Below are positions 24,524-32,000 of a DNA stretch of 32,000 bases, piece by piece (within the stretch, counting starts at the first letter, position 1; every line of letters starts with the position of its first letter). The notes beneath the pieces are model-generated. The model did not search any database, was not told the origin of the DNA, and saw only the letters and a list, made by a program, of their open reading frames with translations. Made by a program: the position numbers and the translations under genes. The stretch spans positions 995,636 to 1,027,635 of the forward strand of contig JAWAHN010000001.1 in NCBI GenBank assembly GCA_038889235.1, written 5' to 3'. The stretch is from Candidatus Jordarchaeales archaeon (GTDB lineage: Archaea > Asgardarchaeota > Jordiarchaeia > Jordiarchaeales > Freyrarchaeaceae).

Positions 24524-25827
24524 TCCCCTTTCTCTCCCCTATTCTTTCTAAAAATTTTTTCACATACTTTTTTGACATCTTCTACATATCTTTTTTCCGC
24601 GAAAACATAAACCTGCATCAGACTATTATACCTCGCTTTCAAGGTTTGAACTAAATTAGGGTCGTATTCCTCAAGTCCCCGCCCTCCTGCCCTCACCTCG
24701 CTCACTTCGGTGTAGTAATCTCGTGGTAGGTATATGAAAACATCTATTTCTGATATGTCAACATCGTGCTGAAGCTTCCTTACTTCCATAATTATTTCGT
24801 TTCGCAGCTCATGATAGTCGACCATCCCGAGGGCGGCTCTAGAAACTTTTTCTGGAAATTCGCTTATGTGTGCGGCATATGCTTTTTTGGGAATTCTACG
24901 GTATCTCAATCTGTATGCTAGCTTTCTAGCCTCCTCCACACTGCTATTTGCAAGCATATTTATGAACTGGTTGTCGTCGAGAAAAAATAGGTGATAGAAG
25001 TCATAATCTCCAAGCCCCTTTAGCAAGAGCTCTAATGCTAGACAACTGGCCGCCAGAGTGGTATGATGCAAGTAAACCTTTTTCATCATCCAGAAACGGC
25101 TTTCCAGAACGCTTATCGCTGCCCCTATAGCGTCAGTCCTGTTTTTTAATGCAAGCCTTCCATCCCCGTCTATTTCAAAAGAGGAGAAAATCCGGTCGTC
25201 ATAACTTTGAGGAACCCCTGTGTAGTAAGCATCTCTTTTCAAGTAGTCGAGTCGGTCAGCATCCAGCGGACCATTCACTAATTGGCTCAAGTATCTTGGC
25301 TTTCCCTCTCCCATTATTATTTCTACAATGCGGCTTCTGTCTCTCTTACCATACCCTTCTTCCTCCAAAACCTCTCTTAATGGTATTGCCGCATCCATTA
25401 TCTCTGGGTTCTCCTTCTGAAATTTCTTATAGCAAACTCCCTCAACTATTTCGCTAACAAATTTCTCATGCGGTGGTATTATGTTTGGATAAAACCTGCG
25501 AAAGAAGTCGGACACTACGTGGCTGAAAACAGGTGTTGCCACATCGTGAAGTAGCGCGGCAAGCCTTACAAATCTAACTTCTTCGTCGTCTAGTGGTATT
25601 TTTGACATCGAAATTATCTTATCGACGCACGCTCGTACGCCGAGGCTGTGCTGAAACCTTGAATGTTCTGCCCCTGGGTAAACTAAGAATGCGAAGTCAA
25701 GCTGCTTAATTCCTCTTAATCTTTGCAATTCGAACGTATCTAGGATCTTCTTGTCAGTGGAAGTTAGGAAAATATCACCCCAAACAGAGTCCCTTACTTT
25801 CCATTCTTCTGTGCGCAAAAACTTCAC
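24520..25827 (-). CDS. HD-domain phosphohydrolase paralog (COG1078) with a divergent metal-site neighbourhood
   Basis: 435 aa with a GTG start. Motifs RFQHSLGV, LLHDVATPVFSH (GHGPFSH replaced) and DADRLDYLKRDAYYTG. The stop overlaps the start of the downstream HD gene (ATGA-type, 24520-24523). Confidence 0.85.
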   Translation of the reverse strand: MKFLRTEEWKVRDSVWGDIFLTSTDKKILDTFELQRLRGIKQLDFAFLVYPGAEHSRFQHSLGVRACVDKIISMSKIPLDDEEVRFVRLAALLHDVATPVFSHVVSDFFRRFYPNIIPPHEKFVSEIVEGVCYKKFQKENPEIMDAAIPLREVLEEEGYGKRDRSRIVEIIMGEGKPRYLSQLVNGPLDADRLDYLKRDAYYTGVPQSYDDRIFSSFEIDGDGRLALKNRTDAIGAAISVLESRFWMMKKVYLHHTTLAASCLALELLLKGLGDYDFYHLFFLDDNQFINMLANSSVEEARKLAYRLRYRRIPKKAYAAHISEFPEKVSRAALGMVDYHELRNEIIMEVRKLQHDVDISEIDVFIYLPRDYYTEVSEVRAGGRGLEEYDPNLVQTLKARYNSLMQVYVFAEKRYVEDVKKVCEKIFRKNRGEKGE

Positions 25828-27021
25828 CTAAGATGGCGTCTTTTTATAAAGCAGAAGTGAATTACTTGCGCCCTCAATTGCAATACCATTTAGCGCTTTC
25901 CTGTAAGCTTCAATGTATTCTTTCATCTTAGATAGATAATCGTGGACTTTATTGCAGCTCATAAGCGTGTATGTGTAACCCCCAAACGAGTAAGCTCTTG
26001 CCGTTGGAATGTATACGCTCTCCCCCTCCTCTCTTTCCTCCTTCAAAAGTTCTCTTTCACACAAAATTTCCAAATGTTTACTGCACATGTCTATTATCGC
26101 CTCTTTCATCACCTCATACCTTTTTCTTTCACTCTCGTCAATATGCTCGTTTTCGACCATTTTTTCATAATAACTCAATCTGGAAAACGCGATGTTCGCT
26201 ATATCCTTAAGCGTAGGTTGCCCCCCCGTTATCATTATGAAAAAGTTTGCAGCTTCAAGGTATGGAAGCGCTAAACGCTGCCCATCTTTCATGTCATCTC
26301 CATCTAAACCTCTTTTAGCAAATGAAGGGAGGACTAAATCGTCCACATCCACTCTGATCCTCTCTTTTTCGTAGATCCCAATATTCCTTTTTCTTTTCGC
26401 AACTGGTTGATATTTATAAAAATTATAAGCAAATGAATTATATATGACCTTGTCCTCCATTAAAAATGATTCTAAGGGTATTCTCCTCTCGCCCCACTTC
26501 ACATTGAAAAGTACATGGTATGCCGTGTTAACTAAATTTTCATCAATTTTATGGGCCAAATCCGTTAATTCCTGCACAAAATCAACTAGTGAGTGGACTC
26601 TTACACCCATAACCTTCCTAAAATAATCATAGCCGCGCCAAGTCAGTAAAACATGTTCTCTCGAGTTTATATGTTGAACATATAGAAGCTTTCTCGCAGA
26701 AAGCAGACTGACAGCCCTAGGGAAATTTGCGTCTTCAGGACCAAAATAATCTATCACTATATGGTCTCGCTTTCTAAGCACAAGTGCGTCAAGTATGCAA
26801 AGCGCTTTCGCTAAGAGAGTTTTTCCCTCAAAAACTCCATCATGCCTATGCATCAGTAGGAAAATAATTTTATCGTGCAATTTTTCTAATATAATCTTCC
26901 CTGAAAGCTCTTTTCTAACTTCTTTCGCCATCCGTTGAATGAGGTTTAAGGACGCTTCAATGTTAATCATATCCTTTCTCCGAGTGAGGAAAAATCTCTT
27001 TGTATTTATAATTTTTTCCAA
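25828..27021 (-). CDS. hypothetical protein, first gene of the HD-HD operon; possible wHTH segments
   Basis: 397 aa. Its TAG stop (25830-25828) abuts the GTG start (25827) of the next gene. The segments TLKDIANIA... and ...HLEILCERELLKEEREEGESVYIP resemble winged-helix elements. No family was recognised. Confidence 0.6.
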   Translation of the reverse strand: MEKIINTKRFFLTRRKDMINIEASLNLIQRMAKEVRKELSGKIILEKLHDKIIFLLMHRHDGVFEGKTLLAKALCILDALVLRKRDHIVIDYFGPEDANFPRAVSLLSARKLLYVQHINSREHVLLTWRGYDYFRKVMGVRVHSLVDFVQELTDLAHKIDENLVNTAYHVLFNVKWGERRIPLESFLMEDKVIYNSFAYNFYKYQPVAKRKRNIGIYEKERIRVDVDDLVLPSFAKRGLDGDDMKDGQRLALPYLEAANFFIMITGGQPTLKDIANIAFSRLSYYEKMVENEHIDESERKRYEVMKEAIIDMCSKHLEILCERELLKEEREEGESVYIPTARAYSFGGYTYTLMSCNKVHDYLSKMKEYIEAYRKALNGIAIEGASNSLLLYKKTPS

Positions 27022-27119
27022 AAATTGTATATTCTAGGACTTCCTCCAAAAAATTTGGGATTACACGCCTAAGTACATAGTTAGCGTCAAATATTCTCTC
27101 CGAAGGGAGTGGCGTTCAA

Positions 27120-28247
27120 GTGAGCAAGAGGCTACTTGGTTTCCTTATCAACCCGATTGCTGGAATCGGAGGCCGCTACGGCTTTAAGGGATCGGATGAC
27201 CCCAAGTTGGTAGCTCTAGCTTTAAAGAAGGGGGCAAGGCTTGTTTCCCCTGAACGGGCAGAGAGAACACTAAAAGTCCTTTATCCTGTAAGGCAGAGTC
27301 TGCGTTTGTTATGTCCTCCAGGAATCATGGGTGCCGCCATTGCAAAGAAATACTCCTTTAACGTAGATGAACTACCTCTCGATATTCGCGAGCAAACAAC
27401 TCCTCAAGACACCATAAATGCGGCGAAAATTATGCTTGAAGAAAATGTTTCCCTTATCCTTTACGCTGGCGGTGATGGTACAACAGTAGATTTACTGAGC
27501 GCCGTAGGACAAAATGTACCCATTTTAGGTATACCTGCAGGAGTTAAAATATGGTCTGCAACGTTTGCAGAGAATCCGGAAACAGCTGGCCAAATAGCCA
27601 TACGCTTCCTTTGGGAAGAGTTGCCGTTAAGAGAAGCGGAAGTCTTGGACGTTGACGAGGAGGCTTTCAGAAGAGGCGAGCTAATGGTTAAACTTAAGGG
27701 TTATGCACTAACTCCATACGAGCCCTTCTTACTTCAAGGGGCAAAAATGATGACGCCTCCCTCTTGCTATGAAAGGGACGCCCAATTAGCTATAGCTAAC
27801 TACATTAAAGAGCTAATGGAGCCTGGTGTTCTTTACATTTTGGGACCAGGATCAACTTGCAAAGTCATAGCAGACGTCCTGGGCATCGAAAAAACGCCTC
27901 TAGGAGTGGACCTAGTTAAAGATGGCAAACTTGTCGTTAAGGATGCTAGCGAAGAAGAAATTCTCAAAACCCTTGCGCGTGAGAAAGAAGCAAGAATAAT
28001 AGTTTCTCCCATTGGAAGACAGGGATTCATATTTGGAAGGGGCAACGCGCAGATAAGTAGTGAAGTTATAAGGAAAGTTGGTCTAAACAACGTCATCATT
28101 GTGGCGACTCCGTATAAACTTTCGTCGCTTCCGTTCCTTCGGGTAGACACTGGTGACCCGGAACTAGATGCCAAGTTCAGGAACAATTACGTAAAAATAA
28201 TTATTGGGTATCACGAAGAAACCGTGAAAAAGGTAGGTGGTTTGTGA
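27120..28247 (+). CDS. ATP-NAD kinase-like protein (COG3199 family)
   Basis: 375 aa with a GTG start. NAD-kinase/diacylglycerol-kinase-type motif LILYAGGDGTTVD followed by ILGIPAGVK. Confidence 0.75.
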   Translation: MSKRLLGFLINPIAGIGGRYGFKGSDDPKLVALALKKGARLVSPERAERTLKVLYPVRQSLRLLCPPGIMGAAIAKKYSFNVDELPLDIREQTTPQDTINAAKIMLEENVSLILYAGGDGTTVDLLSAVGQNVPILGIPAGVKIWSATFAENPETAGQIAIRFLWEELPLREAEVLDVDEEAFRRGELMVKLKGYALTPYEPFLLQGAKMMTPPSCYERDAQLAIANYIKELMEPGVLYILGPGSTCKVIADVLGIEKTPLGVDLVKDGKLVVKDASEEEILKTLAREKEARIIVSPIGRQGFIFGRGNAQISSEVIRKVGLNNVIIVATPYKLSSLPFLRVDTGDPELDAKFRNNYVKIIIGYHEETVKKVGGL

Positions 28248-28385
28248 AATTATTCCCACAGTCTTTAGCTTACCTGCTTTATGAATAACCTTTTTAAGCA
28301 CCTGCAACTTACTGTTTCCCGTAACGCCAGGATTGTGAGTTTAATTTTTCAACAAAAATTAATTGGCTAATTAAAGGTGTTAAGA

Positions 28386-28544
28386 ATGCCTAGGTCGAAG
28401 CTCGTTAGTTGTCCTAAATGTGGCTTCTCCTTCGACGTAAGCTACTCTCGCGTCTTTGCATGTAGTGGTTGTTCTTCCTCCGCCCTAGGGGACTGTGGTT
28501 TCATTAGATGTCCAAGATGCAAGCATGAGTTTCCAAGCAGGTAA
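28386..28544 (+). CDS. small Cys-rich zinc-ribbon protein (52 aa)
   Basis: Not in the ORF track. Product: MPRSKLVSCPKCGFSFDVSYSRVFACSGCSSSALGDCGFIRCPRCKHEFPSR. It has CPKC, CSGC and CPRC pairs. The ATG lies about 10 nt after AAAGGTG. Confidence 0.45.
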   Translation: MPRSKLVSCPKCGFSFDVSYSRVFACSGCSSSALGDCGFIRCPRCKHEFPSR

Positions 28545-28550
28545 ATTTTC

Positions 28551-29759
28551 CTACTCGACATGTACTCTTAAGAGATCTACGTCGCCGGGTTCTCCCGGAA
28601 TCCGCCTCTTGAGTATTTCAAGGAACTCTCTAACCGACCTTTTGATATCTTTAGACTGCGTGATGTACCTTCCAACTATGAGTATGTGCGCTCCAGCATC
28701 TAATGCTTCGTCGGCATTTTCTGGAACAATGCCTCCTGCCACGGCAAAAAGCATTTTTTGCCCCTCAAAGGTCTTCTTAATCTCTTTTATCAGCTCCCAC
28801 CTAGATCTCCTTCCGGACGACTCTGTATCGATTGCTCTGTGAATTATTACAACATCAGGGAGTTCTTTCAGCGACTTCAATTTCTCAATAGGGTCTGGGA
28901 CATCCATCATATCTAGGAAAGCATAAATTCCAAGTCGTCTCGCTTCATAGATGAACTTATCAATGGATTCCTTAGATGCGAGCCCAGAAGCAACTACTCC
29001 ATCAGCAGTCTCCTCATATGCTAGGTCGACTTCTACCTGTGCAGTGTCTAAAGTTTTCAGGTCAGCTACTATAAACATGTCTGGAACTACTTCTCTAAGT
29101 TTGCCGATAACGCTTACACCATGCCTCTTTATCAGCGGAGTGCCTGCCTCGAGTATTATCATATCACTCTTCGGTATTTCACTTACTACACGAATAGCCT
29201 GCTCCAATGACGGATTATCGAGTGCTATCTGCAAGTATGGAGGCCGCCATAGTCGAGGAACCTTAAAGCCCATTATTGGGTGCACCGCCCTATCTTTATC
29301 ATACATTATCTTCTCTAGCGGCGGATATCCTTGCAAGGCTCGTCTTAAAGCAAGCTTTGTAGCACTATAATTGTAGTGGTATATCTTCCTGTAATCCTTT
29401 GCTTCCGGGTGAACGAAAACGCTTGCTATTATCACCCATTCATCTGCCTTATCCGCTGGAATAATCCCTTCCTCTACAGCGTCCGCTATAGCTTTAGCCA
29501 CAGCAGACTGCGCTGGACCGAATATCTTGTTCGCCTGTTCCATGTTTTTAATAGTGACTTTCGGGATGATCAATACGTGCGGTTTTGGTGGTAGATTAGG
29601 TCTAATCACCCCTAGAAGCGGCGTGTGTCCCTGGGACATATGGGTTAAACCTTGGGCAAACGCTACTCCAACTGGGCCAAACTTGTCCCCTATGATTAGA
29701 TCAATGTGCGCTACCTCCGCACCTTTGCCAACCAACGCCTCACCTATGTAAAACTCCAT
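28551..29759 (-). CDS. fae-hps: bifunctional formaldehyde-activating enzyme / 3-hexulose-6-phosphate synthase
   Basis: 402 aa. The N-terminal Fae domain reads [19 protein letters not shown]...GHTPLL. The C-terminal Hps/OMPDC-fold domain has [21 protein letters not shown] and IVGRYIT. Confidence 0.9.
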   Translation of the reverse strand: MEFYIGEALVGKGAEVAHIDLIIGDKFGPVGVAFAQGLTHMSQGHTPLLGVIRPNLPPKPHVLIIPKVTIKNMEQANKIFGPAQSAVAKAIADAVEEGIIPADKADEWVIIASVFVHPEAKDYRKIYHYNYSATKLALRRALQGYPPLEKIMYDKDRAVHPIMGFKVPRLWRPPYLQIALDNPSLEQAIRVVSEIPKSDMIILEAGTPLIKRHGVSVIGKLREVVPDMFIVADLKTLDTAQVEVDLAYEETADGVVASGLASKESIDKFIYEARRLGIYAFLDMMDVPDPIEKLKSLKELPDVVIIHRAIDTESSGRRSRWELIKEIKKTFEGQKMLFAVAGGIVPENADEALDAGAHILIVGRYITQSKDIKRSVREFLEILKRRIPGEPGDVDLLRVHVE

Positions 29760-29790
29760 TAAAACCCCTCCCGGGGATGTTCTCTTAATA

Positions 29791-30738
29791 TCAATCTACT
29801 GATTTAAACCTTCTGAGCATGAACTTTTCTCCCTTTAGTTGTCGCATCTTTTTACTTACTAATATTCTTGCAACTTTTCCACTCCACTTTTCATGAGCTA
29901 TGTCAACACTTTCTTCAGTTAAAATGAGATCAATATACTCGATCTGTTGCCTTACAGCTTGTTCAAGAACATCGTCTGCTATGTTATTAACTCCCTTAAT
30001 TATACCATAAACTAGCAACTGTTCTAGGGGTGAACGCCAATAGTGGTAAGAATAAGAAACTTTAACTTTCCACCTATTTAGCACTTTTCTTAGAAACCTA
30101 GTATTAATGCTGTGCGTTATCACAACAGGTTCACGGTAATTCGTAAGTAAAGTTAACAGTTTCTCATAGCTTTCCCACACCTTGTTTCCCTCACTAAGAT
30201 AAGCGTTAAGTAGTTGCTTCCACTCGTTTAAAAAGAGCTTACCGGTAGCTTTGCACTTAAATTCGAGAAGCAGCTGTTTTTCTGAAAGAGCAGCGCTTTC
30301 TATATGCTTTGTTACATCGTGATAACAGTACACGTCAAACTTCATTAACTTATATTTTACCTTTAACGCGTTTAAAATTGGTGAAAAAACCTTCCCTAGG
30401 TAACGAGTCGCAGGTTCACTTGCACCCGTAAGTTCCATATATTCTTTCCACAGCTCTCCCTCCTCAACTAATTCTAATAAGACGCACCGTGTGGTTTCAC
30501 TCAACTCCTCTGGTAATGGAATGAAAAGAGCGTCGAACTCTTTACTCAAAATGTACTCTCCCGCACGCCTGCCCGCCTCCACGAATCTCGGGACATGGAG
30601 AAGTATCACACTTCCCATCGTGTCATCTGTTTTAAATGTACTTTTCATATGCTCTCTCCTCTCACTTACCATATGTGCTCTTTTCCGCGCTTGCAAGTGT
30701 CTTTTATCTCTGGAAGGCGTGTCTCTTGGCCGCAACAT
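29791..30738 (-). CDS. hypothetical protein
   Basis: 315-aa ORF with a basic, low-complexity N-terminus, so the true start is more likely M31 (30648) or M41 (30618). No recognisable motifs. Confidence 0.55.
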   Translation of the reverse strand: MLRPRDTPSRDKRHLQARKRAHMVSERREHMKSTFKTDDTMGSVILLHVPRFVEAGRRAGEYILSKEFDALFIPLPEELSETTRCVLLELVEEGELWKEYMELTGASEPATRYLGKVFSPILNALKVKYKLMKFDVYCYHDVTKHIESAALSEKQLLLEFKCKATGKLFLNEWKQLLNAYLSEGNKVWESYEKLLTLLTNYREPVVITHSINTRFLRKVLNRWKVKVSYSYHYWRSPLEQLLVYGIIKGVNNIADDVLEQAVRQQIEYIDLILTEESVDIAHEKWSGKVARILVSKKMRQLKGEKFMLRRFKSVD

Positions 30739-31406
30739 TTACCAAAGGAAAAAGAGGGAAAAAGGAAATAAAAGCGTCATGGCTACATGTGTATGAATAC
30801 ATATTAACTTATGGTGGTGTTCCTGTTTTGGCTCCCGATGTAAAGAAGGTTCACAGGTTTGGCGTCGAAGACGATTTAGACGCATCCTTTCTTCATGAGA
30901 AATTTGACGAACTAGAAGAGATAACAGTTTTAGAGTTAGAAAAACTGGCTGATGTTTTACATCTCCTTTTGGATTTAGAACCTTACACATGTCCAGTAAG
31001 AGGTGTAGATACTCCTTGCATTCTATGCGAAGAGAAATGCAGCGCTGCCAATTACCAAGAGATCGAAACTAAACTCGGAAAGGGGCGGAAAACGATCAAC
31101 AGCTCCACGTTCTTTCTCGCCTTTGAGAAACATGACGAGGTTGAAAAGTTTCTAATTAGAAAGTTAGCACGGGAGTTATCCAAGAAAAAACTTAATGTAA
31201 TTGACCCAGAAGAAGGGTATGATATCGGCTTTCTCTTTACACATGAAGATAGGTGGAGAATGGAAGAAATTGTATCCTTTGTGGTGAAACTGTTTGAAAA
31301 AGTGAGAGTTTTGCTGCCTGAAGCAAAGTCCCTCCTCAACTCCTGGGTGAGAAAGAAAGTAGAAGAGATGGAGCGCGAAGAAATGTTAAAGAAAGGGAAG
31401 CACTGA
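30636..31406 (+). CDS. hypothetical protein with a Cys cluster (CPVRGVDTPCILCEEKC)
   Basis: 256-aa ORF from ATG 30636. Its first ~50 aa are hydrophobic and overlap the divergent ORF. An alternative GTG start at 30789 gives 205 aa. The C-terminal region is charged and helical. Confidence 0.5.
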   Translation: MYFSYALSSHLPYVLFSALASVFYLWKACLLAATFTKGKRGKKEIKASWLHVYEYILTYGGVPVLAPDVKKVHRFGVEDDLDASFLHEKFDELEEITVLELEKLADVLHLLLDLEPYTCPVRGVDTPCILCEEKCSAANYQEIETKLGKGRKTINSSTFFLAFEKHDEVEKFLIRKLARELSKKKLNVIDPEEGYDIGFLFTHEDRWRMEEIVSFVVKLFEKVRVLLPEAKSLLNSWVRKKVEEMEREEMLKKGKH

Positions 31407-31452
31407 CCCAGAATTTTTATTTTCCAAAATCTTTCATTCGCCCGTCTTTATC

Positions 31453-31938
31453 TCACTCTTCTAATTCATATTCCTCGAAGGGGATGCCTGCTCTCTCTTT
31501 TAGTGCCTTTATTCTTTCAATTACTGTACGTATCTCCCCGCGTATTTTCGAGCGCTGGACAGCATATTCTGCTTTCTCTATAGCTCCTGCTTGATACCTC
31601 ATTGTAATATATTCTAATTGTTCCCTAAGCGATTTGAGTCTGCTCTTGAGCTCCTCTATTTCCTCGAGTAAAGTTGGAGATGCTGCCTGCTCTTTTATTA
31701 CCTCGACTGGTAGCTTTGTAACAATTTGTGCTCCTCCTTTCTGAGATAACATTCTCGCAGCAAATACCCTAAACTCGTTTACGAATGCGTCGAAGCGTTT
31801 TCTCAAATTAACAACTTCCACTAGAATTTTATCCAGTTGAGGGACATACATTGTTACATCAGGTACTCCTGACACTGCTGCTCTCTCCGAAGGAAGAATT
31901 ACAGGTGCTTCATGTTGTGAAGTGTCCTCTTCCTCCAA
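31453..31938 (-). CDS. coiled-coil hypothetical protein (possibly longer; the frame stays open to the window end)
   Basis: The 161-aa ORF starts at a TTG. The same frame has no stop between 31939 and 32000, so the N-terminus may lie off-window. The C-terminal half is heptad-like (EEIEELKSRLKSLREQLEYI...). Confidence 0.5.
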   Translation of the reverse strand: MEEEDTSQHEAPVILPSERAAVSGVPDVTMYVPQLDKILVEVVNLRKRFDAFVNEFRVFAARMLSQKGGAQIVTKLPVEVIKEQAASPTLLEEIEELKSRLKSLREQLEYITMRYQAGAIEKAEYAVQRSKIRGEIRTVIERIKALKERAGIPFEEYELEE

Positions 31939-32000
31939 CGCGGGGACTGGAAGCGAAATGCTTTGAGCTTCTTTTCTCTTCTCTTTGAGCCAATTAAAGA

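Noticed and set aside
1-32000. Search for CRISPR arrays, IS elements or transposases, integrases, rRNA genes and long direct repeats
   Set aside because: None was seen by eye. No repeat-spacer periodicity, no transposase- or integrase-like ORFs and no terminal inverted repeats were found. A computational repeat search would be needed to be definitive.

Overview
This is a chromosomal segment of an AT-rich archaeal genome, probably thermophilic because its structured RNA is sharply GC-rich. About 36 genes are tightly packed on both strands. An Asgard-type lineage is inferred from three genes. First, a strongly eukaryote-like actin (9921-11105, ends ...HRCF). Second, a Ras/Rab-like small GTPase (452-1044). 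Third, a Roadblock/LC7 protein (15324-15749). The rest is mostly housekeeping: the RNA polymerase A' subunit, hisG, prs, ribosomal protein eS30, a cofC/cofE/cofD F420 cluster, fae-hps, an NADH oxidase/CoA-disulfide reductase type flavoprotein, a B12-binding radical SAM enzyme, an OBG/TGS GTPase and an Lrp/AsnC regulator. No CRISPR array, transposase or rRNA was seen. The main result is a set of splicing-endonuclease-type (bulge-helix-bulge, BHB) introns. (1) The small GTPase gene is interrupted by two mini-introns (44 nt and 30 nt) that sit in the P-loop and switch I codons. Cleavage at the BHB-predicted sites restores the frame and the canonical GDGAVGKT and KKTIG motifs. (2) A 210-nt GC-rich island (22467-22676) resolves into a tRNA-Ser(CGA) gene with four, probably five, introns. 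They lie in the D-loop, at anticodon stem 30/31, at canonical 37/38, in the variable arm (tentative) and at T-loop 59/60, leaving an 89-nt class II tRNA with an encoded CCA. Secondary leads are listed here. A Dus-like flavin TIM barrel gene overlaps cofD by ATGA. A three-gene operon encodes an unknown protein plus two paralogous SAMHD1-like HD phosphohydrolases. rpoA1 is detached from rpoB and rpoA2. Two small genes fall below the ORF-track cutoff: eS30 and a Cys-rich zinc ribbon. All folds and homology calls were made by eye from the sequence and need computational or experimental confirmation.
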